From Ignavibacteriota bacterium (GTDB taxonomy: Bacteria > Bacteroidota > Ignavibacteria > UBA10030 > UBA6906): DNA of 64,000 nucleotides. Shown in pieces: positions 30,631 through 40,125 of the stretch. Each line of letters starts with the position of its first letter. Positions within the stretch are counted from its first letter, which is position 1. The translations under genes and the position numbers were made by a program. Below the pieces are notes generated by a model that had not been told where the DNA came from, searched no databases, and saw nothing but the letters and a program-made list of their open reading frames with translations. The stretch is from positions 576,001-640,000 of the forward strand of contig CAWDEM010000008.1 in NCBI GenBank assembly GCA_963801355.1, given 5' to 3'.

Positions 30631-32703
30631 ATGGGGAATTCAATAATGTCTCATAGATCTTCAATGCATAATATTTCTGCTGGTGGACTTCTTCATTCAT
30701 GGCGCCGCGTGTTCAGCACCTTTGCGGTTTCAACGATAGTACTCTTGGCTTTGAGTCCTCTCTCTTTTTGTTTTGCCGAACCGGCAGGCTCATCCAGCTC
30801 TGCAAAGAAATGGGTTGGAACCTGGAGTACCGCACCACAACTCGTTGAGCCAGGTAATAATCCCCCGGCACCTGGTTTGAGCAATAACACACTTCGACAG
30901 ATAGTGCGCGTTTCACTTGGTGGAGACAGTTTGCGCATGCGATTGTCAAATGAGTTTAGCGCAAGTCCTGTAACATTGCATGCAGTTCACGTTGCTCTCT
31001 CTAAAGGTGGTGGTACAATTGACACGAGTACTGACAAGGTCCTCTATTTTGATGGAAAGACGGAGGTCGCAATTGCGCCAAGGAGTGCGATTACATCGGA
31101 TCCTTTTGAGTTTGTTGTTCAACCACGGAGTGAGGTTGCAATCACGATTTATTTTGGCAACACCTCACCGGATGTAACCGGTCATCCTGGATCAAGAACC
31201 ACATCATACCTGCTTACAGGGGATCAAGTGTCCAAAGTGGATGTTTCCGGCGCTGTCACGACGGATCATTGGTACAACATCAATGCGATTGATGTGCTGG
31301 CACCGTCGACTGCAGCTTGTGTTGCAATTCTTGGCAACTCCATTACCGATGGGCGCGGTTCAACAACAAACATGCAGAATCGATGGACAGATGTGTTTTC
31401 AGAATCTCTTCTGAAGGACTCAAGTACTCGGCAAGTAGGTGTTCTTAATTTGGGCATTGGAGGGAATTGCGTGCTTTCCGGTGGTTTAGGCCCGACTGGA
31501 GTAAGCCGATATGACCGCGACATTCTCAATCAACACGGCGTACGTTGGGTTATCGTTTTTGAAGGGGTAAATGATATTGGTGGGGTCAACTCTGCTGCTT
31601 CTGCAACGATGACTGCCAATAATCTCATTGCTGCATACAGGCAGATGATTGCTAAAGCTCATACCAAAAACATCAGGATATACGGTGGAACCATTCTGCC
31701 CTTCAATGGTAATTCGTACTATAATCAATACAGTGAATTATGCCGAAATGCCGTTAATCAATGGATTCGCACCAAGGGCAATTATGATGGGTTCATTGAT
31801 TTCGATAAGGTGATGCGAAATCCACAGGATACTACGAGACTTGTGTCAACATATCAAAACGACGGTCTGCATCCTGATGCGGCAGGATACAAAACGATGG
31901 GTGAATCCATTGATCTCAATTTGTTTACCGGGGCAGATACGGTTTTCCAGCAAGTGACGGGAATTGAGTCGTTGTGGTTTGAAGCTGAACGTTTTCCGAC
32001 GGTTGGTAGTAGGTTTACTGTCGTAAGTGATGCGGCAGCTTCAAATGGAAAATACATAACTGTTCAGGCTGGTGTACAATCACTTTCCGCAGCTCCAACC
32101 GATAGTGCTGGGTTACTCACCATCCCTTTTACGGTGACCAAGGATTCAACCTACTACGTATTTGGCCGCGTAAACTGTCCAACGTATGATGACGATTCGT
32201 TTTGGGCAAAAGTGGACGATAGTACGTTTGTGAATTGTAATGGATTGAAAACAACCGGATGGGCGTGGATGAACTTGACCAGTTATCCACTGACAAAGGG
32301 TAGTCACACCCTCATTATTGGCTATCGCGAGGATGGAGCCTGTCTTGATAAATTATGCATTACCAATGATATGATTGCTCCAACAGGAATGGGCGAAGCT
32401 GATCCTACATTGGTTGGAGTAAATTCTATAGAGGCAATTGATGGCTATGAATTGGGACAGAATTATCCAAATCCGTTCAATCCTATCTCAACAATACGCT
32501 ACGACATACCTCATGCAGGTATTGTTTCGTTGAATGTTTACGATGTCATTGGCAGAGAGGTGGGGAATCTTGTGAATGAGGTGCAAGAACCGGGAACATA
32601 TTCTGTCTGCTTCGACGCCTCCACATTCTCGAGCGGAATGTATCTGTACAAGCTTGCATCAGGGAAGTTCAGTCAAACGAAAAAGATGATCGTGGTAAGA
32701 TAG
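30631..32703 (+). CDS. SGNH/GDSL esterase with CBM-like domain and T9SS C-terminal domain
   Basis: GNSITDG, GIGGN, EGVND, DGLHP; QNYPNPFNP CTD; visibly AT-richer than flanks; start uncertain. Confidence 0.88.
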   Translation: MGNSIMSHRSSMHNISAGGLLHSWRRVFSTFAVSTIVLLALSPLSFCFAEPAGSSSSAKKWVGTWSTAPQLVEPGNNPPAPGLSNNTLRQIVRVSLGGDSLRMRLSNEFSASPVTLHAVHVALSKGGGTIDTSTDKVLYFDGKTEVAIAPRSAITSDPFEFVVQPRSEVAITIYFGNTSPDVTGHPGSRTTSYLLTGDQVSKVDVSGAVTTDHWYNINAIDVLAPSTAACVAILGNSITDGRGSTTNMQNRWTDVFSESLLKDSSTRQVGVLNLGIGGNCVLSGGLGPTGVSRYDRDILNQHGVRWVIVFEGVNDIGGVNSAASATMTANNLIAAYRQMIAKAHTKNIRIYGGTILPFNGNSYYNQYSELCRNAVNQWIRTKGNYDGFIDFDKVMRNPQDTTRLVSTYQNDGLHPDAAGYKTMGESIDLNLFTGADTVFQQVTGIESLWFEAERFPTVGSRFTVVSDAAASNGKYITVQAGVQSLSAAPTDSAGLLTIPFTVTKDSTYYVFGRVNCPTYDDDSFWAKVDDSTFVNCNGLKTTGWAWMNLTSYPLTKGSHTLIIGYREDGACLDKLCITNDMIAPTGMGEADPTLVGVNSIEAIDGYELGQNYPNPFNPISTIRYDIPHAGIVSLNVYDVIGREVGNLVNEVQEPGTYSVCFDASTFSSGMYLYKLASGKFSQTKKMIVVR

Positions 32704-32790
32704 CCGAACGCTCTCGTCATTGTCAAATGCGTTCGCAGCTCCTGCAATCGGTGTTGAATCGGTGCGGACAACGAGCGACTGCGTAACTTC
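32702..32790. repeat. About 85-bp element-end repeat, copy 1
   Basis: GAACGCTCTCGTCATTGT...CTGCAATCG.TGTTGAATC.GGTGCGGACAACGAGCGACTGCGT matches the copies at 36.46, 36.82 and 38.20 kb. Confidence 0.85.
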
Positions 32791-32826
32791 ACAATGACGA
32801 GTTGTAGTCAGTAGAAGTAGCTGGCA

Positions 32827-33327
32827 CTACTGCTTGTCAGCCTTCGCTGTCACCGGTATGCCAGAATCGTGGCTGTAGATTACTTTCCATTGACCCGCGA
32901 GATTCTTGAAGACCATCGTATAGGCGTGCGGGTTGAATGTAATCTTGTCTCCGGACTTCAGGATGGTGTCATCCTTGCCATCCCAGGCGCAGATGACGAT
33001 GTCCTTAGCGATGAAGATGAAGTCCTGGCGAGTGGTGGTCCATTTGCAGGCGGCTACAGACTTGGCCCAATCAGGGACAAACTTCTTGAAGGTTTGATAG
33101 TCCCACCGTGAACCGTCAGCATTGACCATTCCCCAATCACGCGAATCGGCATAGTAGTCTAACCACCCCGCGTCTACCCTCGCAAGTTTTGATATGATGC
33201 TGTCGCATACCGCCTTGATTTCGCTCTTTGTTTGGTCCTTTTGTTGCTGGGTCAATTGATCGCTTGGTGGCGAAGTGCACCCAAGAAACGAGAGCAGCAG
33301 GGCTCCAACAAAGATTTTCGCTTTCAT
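32827..33327 (-). CDS. NTF2/SnoaL-like lipoprotein
   Basis: Lipobox FLGC; C-terminal YTMVFK...GQWKVIYSHDS. Confidence 0.75.
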   Translation of the reverse strand: MKAKIFVGALLLSFLGCTSPPSDQLTQQQKDQTKSEIKAVCDSIISKLARVDAGWLDYYADSRDWGMVNADGSRWDYQTFKKFVPDWAKSVAACKWTTTRQDFIFIAKDIVICAWDGKDDTILKSGDKITFNPHAYTMVFKNLAGQWKVIYSHDSGIPVTAKADKQ

Positions 33328-33399
33328 CGTGACCTCCGTTTGGTGGACCTGCCTAGATTACCAGCGCGCGACTCCGTTAACAACGTGTCGTCACGAGAA

Positions 33400-33786
33400 T
33401 TAGGTCGAGTCCTTCTTCTTTAAAGTCAAAACAGTGTCCACAACCAAGGCAAGCAGTACTCCGACTGCATTCGCAACAAGGTCCATGCTGTCGTATACGT
33501 TGGTCATGATTCCGAACCCATCGAAGACTTCGAACAGCTCTACCGCCGCAAGGGCAAGACCCGCCGCCCAGAGCCGCTTGTATCTAGACTGGACCGGAAC
33601 GAAAAGTGCATTGAAATATACTGCGAAAGATACCGCTACGTTGGCCGCGTAGGCATCAATAACCGCCTCAAACGGTCCCGAATAATGTCTCTTGAACACA
33701 AGCACAGCCACGCCAAGCATGACAAAAACAATGTTGCGCATGCTGGTCATGCCGTCAGAACTGAAGCCCTGTCCTTTCACCGGCAT
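33400..33786 (-). CDS. Small membrane protein (VanZ-like)
   Basis: Four hydrophobic segments, ELFE...YDSMDLVANAVG. Confidence 0.6.
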   Translation of the reverse strand: MPVKGQGFSSDGMTSMRNIVFVMLGVAVLVFKRHYSGPFEAVIDAYAANVAVSFAVYFNALFVPVQSRYKRLWAAGLALAAVELFEVFDGFGIMTNVYDSMDLVANAVGVLLALVVDTVLTLKKKDST

Positions 33787-33833
33787 GGTACGTCCTCCGA
33801 GAGGCCTGACGCACAGTCACGTGTCCTGGGTCC

Positions 33834-35945
33834 TTATTTCAACAACATCATTCGCTTTGACTCGACATAGTTTCCAGCAGTCAATCGGCAAATGTACACG
33901 CCCGACGAGAGCTTCGCTCCATTGAATTCGATCTGATACTTGCCCGGAGCCTTCTGCCCATCAAGCATTACCGCAACCTCCCTGCCGAGCAGATCGTACA
34001 CAGCCAACCTCACATGACTGGTCGCTGACACCTGAATCCTAATTCCTGTTCTCGGATTGAAGGGATTCGGGTAGTTCTGATGCAAGACCATAGTTCGTGG
34101 AATGCCATTATCATACTCTTGCACCGATGTCATTTCCGAAACCAGCCTTCGCCAGACTCCATTGGAAGATGATCCAGCAAATAGATTTGCGCCCAAAACG
34201 GCAAGGGAGGAGCCACCAGAGCTCACCCAACCCGCGTTGACATGTTTCCAATTTGCGCCGCCATCGGTCGATAGAAACACGCCGCCAGACGTTGCGGCAA
34301 AGAGATTCTCTTCGCTAAGAATAAGAGCAGAGACATTCCGGTATGTCAAGCCGGAATTGTCGGCCGTCCAAGTGGCACCACTGTTGCTAGAACGGAAAAC
34401 ACCACCGGTGGTTCCAGCGAAGAGATTCGTGCCGATGACGGCCAGAGCTTGGACATTTAAGTTCGTCAGGCCCGAATTGACAGCAGTCCAACTGGCACCG
34501 TTATTCGTGGAAAGAAAGACACCATCGTAGTAGGTCCCGGCAAAAAGATACGCCCCGCTGATGGCCAGAGCTTGAACACGCAAGCTCGTCAAACCGGGAT
34601 TGACAGCAGTCCAATTGGTACCGTTGTTTGTGGAAAGAAAGACACCACCGCCGTAGGTTCCAGCAAAGAGATTCGTGCCGCCCTCCCCGTTGAGGCTGAT
34701 GGCAAGAGCTCTGACATCCCGGGTCGTCAAACCCGAACTGGCAGCAGTCCAACTCGTGCCTTGGTTAGTCGACAGAAAAACGCCGCCAGCGTTGGTTCCG
34801 GCCAGGAGATTCGTGGCATTGACGGCAAGAGCCTGGACATTCAAGTCCGTCAAGCCTGAATTGACGGCGGTCCAATTGGTGCCGTCATCCGTAGAAGAAT
34901 AGACGCCACCAACGGCAGTTCCGGCGAAGAGATATGGGCCGATGGCGGCCAGAGCTCCGACAAGCCCGCTCGCCAAACCCGAATTGACTTGTGTCCAACT
35001 GGAACCACCGTTGGTAGTACGAAAGGCGCCACGAAGGAGGGTTCCGACAAAGAGATCCGTGCCGCTGACGGCAAAAGCGTAGACCTTCGCCATGATGGGC
35101 AGATCCGATTGGACCGAAGTCCAAGTACCACCGTTGTTGGTTGAACGGTATACACCATTGCTTGTTCCAACAAAAATATCTGTGCCGCTGACGGCAAAAG
35201 CGATTACTGACGCCGAGATCGGCAGACCCGAATTGGCAGCAGTCCAACTGGTTCCGTCGTTGGTAGAGACGAAGACGCCCATATAGAATAATGTTCCGGC
35301 AAAGAGATTCGTGCCGCTGACGGCGAGAGTCCGTACGTCCGGGTTCGTCAAGCCGGAATTGACAGCAGTCCAAGTACCACCATTGTTTGTAGAACGGAAC
35401 ACGCCACTGTGGGTTCCAGCAAAAATAGTCGTACCCCTGACGGCGAGGGTCCAGACATCCGGGTCCGTCAAGCCGGAATTGACAGCAGTCCAACTAGTGC
35501 CATTGTTCGTGGAAAGGAAGACACCACCACCGTAGGTTCCGGCAAAGAGATACGTGCCGTTGATGGCAAGTGCTTGGACATCTAAGGTCGTCAGGCCTGA
35601 ATTGACGGCAGTCCAACTGGAACCGTTGTTGCTGGAGAGAAAGACGCCACCGTCGGTTCCGGCAAAGAGATTCGTGCCGCTGACGGCAAGCGCCCAGACT
35701 GTCCCACTCCCCAAACCCGAATTGACAGCAGTCCAACTGGCACCGTTGTTGGTCGAGAGATAGACGCCACCATCTGTAGTTCCGGCAAAGAGATTTGCGT
35801 CACTCACGGCAAAACACCGGATGGTTTCCCCTGCGGGCAATGTGGTACGCACCCATTGGGCATCCATTCGTGAGAGACATACAAGCACGCCAAAGAACAG
35901 AAGACTGTGACTCGAAGTTTTCACGTTACACCTCCGCGGAAGCAT
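33834..35945 (-). CDS. Beta-propeller repeat protein with T9SS C-terminal domain
   Basis: About 13 near-identical LFAGT.GGVFLSTNNG.SWTAVNSGL repeats; QNYPNPFNP CTD. Confidence 0.88.
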   Translation of the reverse strand: MLPRRCNVKTSSHSLLFFGVLVCLSRMDAQWVRTTLPAGETIRCFAVSDANLFAGTTDGGVYLSTNNGASWTAVNSGLGSGTVWALAVSGTNLFAGTDGGVFLSSNNGSSWTAVNSGLTTLDVQALAINGTYLFAGTYGGGVFLSTNNGTSWTAVNSGLTDPDVWTLAVRGTTIFAGTHSGVFRSTNNGGTWTAVNSGLTNPDVRTLAVSGTNLFAGTLFYMGVFVSTNDGTSWTAANSGLPISASVIAFAVSGTDIFVGTSNGVYRSTNNGGTWTSVQSDLPIMAKVYAFAVSGTDLFVGTLLRGAFRTTNGGSSWTQVNSGLASGLVGALAAIGPYLFAGTAVGGVYSSTDDGTNWTAVNSGLTDLNVQALAVNATNLLAGTNAGGVFLSTNQGTSWTAASSGLTTRDVRALAISLNGEGGTNLFAGTYGGGVFLSTNNGTNWTAVNPGLTSLRVQALAISGAYLFAGTYYDGVFLSTNNGASWTAVNSGLTNLNVQALAVIGTNLFAGTTGGVFRSSNSGATWTADNSGLTYRNVSALILSEENLFAATSGGVFLSTDGGANWKHVNAGWVSSGGSSLAVLGANLFAGSSSNGVWRRLVSEMTSVQEYDNGIPRTMVLHQNYPNPFNPRTGIRIQVSATSHVRLAVYDLLGREVAVMLDGQKAPGKYQIEFNGAKLSSGVYICRLTAGNYVESKRMMLLK

Positions 35946-36302
35946 CCATCACCGAACTACTTGAGCCGCACCAACAATGAGTCCAGTTCTCAACGTTCTA
36001 GTGCCTCGGGGCCAGAAACGGATAGGGATCACTTGCATTGGCAGACCCCGATGGGGCGAGAGTGCTCGTTAGGGATTCGGGACTGGATGTCTGCCCAGAA
36101 TACCCCCTAAGCACGCTTCCCTCCGAGGACGCACTATCCACGAACAAGATACTCCGGTGTGTGCGAATTGTCAAGGAATGGGAACAGGCTGGATGGATCC
36201 CAAGAATTGGAACCCATGAATCGAAAAAAAGGAGGCGGAGGAAAAACAAATGGCGGATCGAATATCGAAAATCGAGGATCGAGGATGCTGATAGTAGTAT
36301 GA

Positions 36303-36460
36303 CGCATTGCCTCAGAGCTCCTGCGAAGCGGGACCTCGCCTGCTCCGAACTACGCAGAAGTCCGTGGCGCCGAGAGCGACAAAGACTCTGTGCACAAACT
36401 CAAGGTCGTGCTCAAGGAACTCAATGAGTCGCTGGTCTGGCTTGCGATAATTCAGAGAGA
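36303..36460 (+). pseudogene. Four-helix bundle protein (IVP/TIGR02436-like) fragment
   Basis: Hand translation IASELLRSGTSPAPNYAEVRGAESDKDSVHKLKVVLKELNESLVWL; no start, cut at the 85-bp repeat; preceded by heptamer repeats. Confidence 0.75.
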
Positions 36461-36535
36461 GTCGAATGCGCTCGTCATTGTGAGTGGGGGCAAACTGTTA
36501 CTGCAATCGCTGTTGAATCGGGTGCGAACAACGAG
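36457..36535. repeat. About 85-bp element-end repeat, copy 2
   Basis: GAGTCGAATGCGCTCGTCATTGTGAGT...CTGCAATCGCTGTTGAATCGGGTGCGAACAACGAG. Confidence 0.85.
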
Positions 36536-36595
36536 GGAGAATCCGGCTGTGCCGTCCACTCTTCTTTAAGAGATATTCCTGTTCACATCGTGCGA

Positions 36596-36772
36596 CTATT
36601 TCAACTTCTCCACAACCATTAGGAAGTCAACTTGTACCCCGTAGAATAGGAAAAATGGACGGACATTCGGCATCACCGCAACAACATCTCCATCCAGCCC
36701 GTTCAACAACTGTTCAAGCTTTTCCTGCATATTGTCTTTGTTGACTTCCACACGATGCACTCTGTATTTCAT
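36596..36772 (-). CDS. Small hypothetical protein
   Basis: 58 aa MKYRVHRVEV...VDFLMVVEKLK with GAGG RBS, flanked by two end repeats. Confidence 0.6.
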   Translation of the reverse strand: MKYRVHRVEVNKDNMQEKLEQLLNGLDGDVVAVMPNVRPFFLFYGVQVDFLMVVEKLK

Positions 36773-36819
36773 ATCGTCCCTCTGCGTTCTTGTGGTGTCT
36801 TCTGGACTATCACTTTGCC

Positions 36820-36905
36820 ACGCTCTTGTCATTGTGAGTTGGGTTCAACTGCCCCTGCAATTGCTGTTGAATCGGGTGCGGACAAGGAGCAATCGCGTCA
36901 CTTCA
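36820..36905. repeat. About 85-bp element-end repeat, copy 3
   Basis: CGCTCTTGTCATTGTGAGTTGGG...TGCAATTGCTGTTGAATCGGGTGCGGACAAGGAGC. Confidence 0.85.
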
Positions 36906-36984
36906 CAAGAGAACAGTTGGATAAAATGTCCCGCTTTCAGACGATAGACATACACACCACTCGCAAGATTAGAACTATCAAATT
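36898..36984 (-). pseudogene. Remnant of a T9SS C-terminal domain gene
   Basis: Translates FDSSNLASGVYVYRLKAGHFIQ then frameshifts; similar to the end of 38285-39517. Confidence 0.7.
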
Positions 36985-37008
36985 CGGCCTCGTGGGCTCC
37001 GACTCTCT

Positions 37009-37599
37009 TCACTCGTTCCCCAACGTAGACACCCCACGGCTGAGCAACGGGTGAGAACGCGCTAGCCAGACAAGGCCAAGACCAGTCACAATACCGTACA
37101 CCAGAGAATCCAACCCATCACCAGCACGGAAACTAATCCAGGCCAGCCCGGTCAGCATCCATCCTGTCACGCTAAACAAGACCCACAGGCTTGCGAGTTT
37201 CATGTGCCGACGGAAAATCCACCATTGTGGCACACCCAGAAACAACCCAAATGTAACAACGGCCGACCAATATCCCGTCAGGTGCAAGCTCCAATGGAAC
37301 GCAATGTTGGCTTGGATGGTCTGTCCAAGTGGATAACCTGCCGCAAAGCCGACGGCGCTTGCTACAAGGAACCGTACAGGGAGCACACCAACGGTTCGAA
37401 CGATGGGCCATTGCAGGCCACCTATAACTGCACCCCAGACCAACCCCTTACCAATACGAGCCCATATCAATGGCTCGCCCCCCAACAGTCTGGCTGTCTC
37501 ACTGCCCAGTTCATAACCCAGGAACATCCCAGCCGAGGAGAGCAGAACGCCGATAAGCCCTGGTTTAATGTTAGTCCAAGTAAACAGTCGCGTTGTCAT
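37009..37599 (-). CDS. Hypothetical membrane protein
   Basis: Gly/Trp-rich multi-TM protein with internal repeat GGLQWPIVR / GVPQWWIFR. Confidence 0.7.
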   Translation of the reverse strand: MTTRLFTWTNIKPGLIGVLLSSAGMFLGYELGSETARLLGGEPLIWARIGKGLVWGAVIGGLQWPIVRTVGVLPVRFLVASAVGFAAGYPLGQTIQANIAFHWSLHLTGYWSAVVTFGLFLGVPQWWIFRRHMKLASLWVLFSVTGWMLTGLAWISFRAGDGLDSLVYGIVTGLGLVWLARSHPLLSRGVSTLGNE

Positions 37600-37679
37600 T
37601 ATTTTCGATTCTCCAAGGCGGGTTCAATGCAACGCACCGACTCCTACACCGAGTCAGAGCGCGCAATGTGTGTGGCGGA

Positions 37680-37708
37680 AATGTACCTCCCCCCTTCTCC
37701 AAAGTCAA
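37680..37708 (-). promoter_or_regulatory. Sigma-70-type promoter facing cargo (Pc-like), copy 1
   Basis: TTGACT-N17-TACATT on the minus strand. Confidence 0.65.
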
Positions 37709-37970
37709 CTTCAATAAGGAATCGCAAGGATTTTCGGCGGTCTATGAGAACACCTACCGATGGAGATGAGCCACGACCAAGCATCACCGTCAGCAGTTGA
37801 CCAAGCACCTATCGGGAATGTGTTGCCCCTCACTTCCCGACCCCTCCAGACGATTCCCCACTGATTCCAGTTGTAGCTCGACTGGAGGGCTGATACCTTG
37901 AGAAAGGCAGGAAGAATAACTGCTGACAGAATTGTTGACAAACAGGCTTGGGAACGGGTATGAGGATTGG

Positions 37971-38003
37971 GAAAAAGAACAACCCCGACGTGATGCCGGG
38001 GTT
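37971..38003 (-). terminator. Intrinsic terminator downstream of tRNA 3' copy
   Basis: AACCCCG/CGGGGTT stem followed by GTTCTTTTTC on the minus strand. Confidence 0.6.
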
Positions 38004-38066
38004 GAGGGAAAAGCTGGAAACTCAATCGACAATAGTCGATAGTCCATCGACTATTGTCCATCGTTT

Positions 38067-38200
38067 GTGCACCCACCAGGACTCGAATCCCGTCCCGACC
38101 GAAGTTAGCTAGGCGAAGCCGCAGCTAACTTCGTTGTCGGGACGCGGATCCTCGTCCCGCGCTGCGCGCGGGGCGGGACCTGGAACCCACTGATTAAGAG
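38067..38200 (-). repeat. tRNA-Lys 3' fragment (att remnant) interrupted by 91-bp insertion
   Basis: GTGCACCCACCAGGACTCGAA [38088-38178] CCTGGAACCCACTGATTAAGAG identical to the tRNA 3' half. Confidence 0.92.
38088..38178. mobile_element. 91-bp palindromic (REP/MITE-like) insertion, copy 1
   Basis: TCCCGTCCCG...CGGGGCGGGA termini, two internal hairpins; 90/91 identical to 52227-52317. Confidence 0.8.
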
Positions 38201-38291
38201 AGTCGAACGCTCTCGTCATTGTGAGTTGGGGCAAACTGCTTCTGCAATCGCTGTTGAATCGGGTGCGGACAACGAGCGACTGCGTTACTTC
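38198..38291. repeat. About 85-bp element-end repeat, copy 4 (abuts att remnant)
   Basis: Starts right after the tRNA fragment and ends at the stop codon of the T9SS gene. Confidence 0.85.
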
Positions 38292-39517
38292 AACAGAATG
38301 AGTTTTTTCGATTGAACGAAATCCCCCGCTGTCAGACGGTAGACGTACGCACCACTCGCAAGATTCGAACCATCGAACTTGACCTCGTGAACGCCAGCAT
38401 CTCTCCTCTCATTCACCAACGGGGATACCTCACGACCAAGCATGTCATGGAGACTCAGGCTGACATGCGATGTCTTGGACAAATCGAACTTGATGGTCGT
38501 TGTCGGATTGAATGGGTTTGGATAATTTTGTGAAAGCGAAGACTCTCCGGGCATTTCGTCGGTCTGCCCTGCATTGACAGACGTTGTTCCCCCGTTTGTG
38601 GTTCTGACGATTCTGCCGTTTTCAGCAACAGCGGTCCCGTTATTTGCATCGGTAAAGGAGATGTCAATCAAATGCTTTGTTGTTCCACTTGTTTGTTGTG
38701 TCCAGGTTATACCTCCGTCTGTAGTTCTGCGGATTCTGCCGTTCTCACCGACGGCAGTGCCGTTATTTGCATCGGTGAAGGAGACACTATATAGCTTGTT
38801 TGTTGCTCCACTTGTCTGTTGCGTCCAGGTTATTCCTCTGTCCGTGGTTCTGAGGATTATGCCGTTGTCACCAACAACAGTTCCGGTGTTTACATCGGTG
38901 AAGGAGACATCATACAAATCGTTTGCCGTTCCGCTTGATTGTGAAGTCCAGGTTGTTCCTCCGTCCGTGGTTCTCAGAATCGTACCCTCATAACCGACAG
39001 CCGTCCCGTTGTTCAAGTCAATAAAAGAGACTCCCTCCAGATATCGTGTTGTTCCGCTTGATTGTGAAGTCCATGTCGTTCCGCCGTTTGTGGTTCCGAC
39101 AATTCTGCCGTTTTCACCGACAGCCGTCCCATTGTCTGCATCGATGAAGGAGACGTCATACAGGTCGTTTGTTGTTCCACCCGATTGTCGAGTCCAGGTT
39201 GTTCCTCCGTTTGTGGTTCGGAGGATTCTGCCGTTCTCACCGACAGCCGTTCCGATGTTTACATCTCTAAAGGATACAGCCAGCAAAAAGTCTGATGTTC
39301 CGCTTGTCTGCTGTACCCAGGTTGTCCCCCCGTTTGTCGTCCTGAGGATTCTGCCGTTTTCACCGACAGCTGTTCCGTTGTTTACATCTGTAAAGGAGAC
39401 ACCGCCCAAATCTTCTGTTGTGCCGCTTGTTTGCTGATACCACTGCCCAAATGACGGGCATACGGAGAACACGAGCGGAACCACGACGAGGAATACACGC
39501 TTGAAGTTCCTTTTCAT
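38285..39517 (-). CDS. YCF48-repeat protein with T9SS C-terminal domain
   Basis: Seven 41-aa repeats VSF.D.N.GTAVGENGRI.RTT.GG.TW; QNYPNPFNP CTD. Confidence 0.9.
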   Translation of the reverse strand: MKRNFKRVFLVVVPLVFSVCPSFGQWYQQTSGTTEDLGGVSFTDVNNGTAVGENGRILRTTNGGTTWVQQTSGTSDFLLAVSFRDVNIGTAVGENGRILRTTNGGTTWTRQSGGTTNDLYDVSFIDADNGTAVGENGRIVGTTNGGTTWTSQSSGTTRYLEGVSFIDLNNGTAVGYEGTILRTTDGGTTWTSQSSGTANDLYDVSFTDVNTGTVVGDNGIILRTTDRGITWTQQTSGATNKLYSVSFTDANNGTAVGENGRIRRTTDGGITWTQQTSGTTKHLIDISFTDANNGTAVAENGRIVRTTNGGTTSVNAGQTDEMPGESSLSQNYPNPFNPTTTIKFDLSKTSHVSLSLHDMLGREVSPLVNERRDAGVHEVKFDGSNLASGAYVYRLTAGDFVQSKKLILLK

Positions 39518-39738
39518 GAGATGTCCCTTTCACCTATATACAGAGAAAAGCGACGCACGAGGGGACGTCGGCAGGTCGTCGGGTACAACGCAGGACGGAA
39601 CATTCGGCGGCACGCTGAGTCCCACTTTTGCTTGTTTCGGAAACCAAACGACTGGTTGTAGGTTGAGCATTGTAGTCCATCGTAGCTATGCCCGTGCCTT
39701 CGCGAGCACAGGCCTCACAACCAATGAACTACACTTGC

Positions 39739-40125
39739 TCAGAGAGCTTGCACACCAGGAGGACTTCGCTCGTGAACAAGCGAAAGAATACAGTTCGAAG
39801 GGAGTGAAACAACGTGGGGAATGTGAAAAGCACATAAACAGGTTCGAATGTCTAACGCAGGCTTGCAGGGGCACGCGGTCTCAACGGAAATCTTGCGCAC
39901 TCGGATGCGCTGGCAGAGGAAACTCTTCTTGCGTGGAGTGATCTGCTTCTGTTTGTGCGGGGGGCTCTTTTGCCTGGCGTGACTGTGGGGCTTCGATTCA
40001 CCGGCCAGCGTTACCGTGTGTGGGGGGGCTATCCGCGTTTGAGCATACAGACTCACACGCGGTGCAGAAAAGCCCAATGAAAACAGAAACACCAAAGGTA
40101 TGGAGAAGACTCTCTTCATGACCAA
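39739..40125 (-). CDS. Hypothetical protein (signal-peptide-like N-terminus; possibly degenerate)
   Basis: GAGG RBS upstream, MKRVFSIPLVFLFSLGF leader; remainder unrecognised. Confidence 0.35.
   Translation of the reverse strand: MVMKRVFSIPLVFLFSLGFSAPRVSLYAQTRIAPPHTVTLAGESKPHSHARQKSPPHKQKQITPRKKSFLCQRIRVRKISVETACPCKPALDIRTCLCAFHIPHVVSLPSNCILSLVHERSPPGVQAL

Larger units (their letters stand above)
36820..38200. mobile_element. Integrase-less mini element (deletion derivative of the 38.2-43.6 kb element)
   Basis: Has the left end repeat, about 250 bp homologous to the integrase upstream region, the TGTTGACAAAC right-end motif, a terminator and a tRNA 3' copy, but no integrase. Confidence 0.7.

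Noticed and set aside
33275-33283. GTGCACCCA as a further att remnant
   Set aside because: Only 9 bp, inside the lipobox codons of an intact gene; compatible with chance
38067-38200. Intron-containing tRNA genes (also 52206-52344)
   Set aside because: The 5' half (acceptor 5' strand and D-arm) is absent and 91 bp is too short for a self-splicing intron
32700-38300. CRISPR array or classical integron
   Set aside because: Repeats are about 85 bp and irregularly spaced with no cas genes; the integrase lacks the IntI insertion and the repeats fit RYYYAAC/GTTRRRY only loosely
33834-39517. DGR template/variable repeat pairs in the propeller genes
   Set aside because: These are in-frame protein repeats, differences are not obviously adenine-restricted, and no reverse transcriptase is in the window
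39520-39730. Riboswitch in the long leader of the T9SS gene
   Set aside because: No recognisable aptamer consensus by eye; an Rfam scan would be needed
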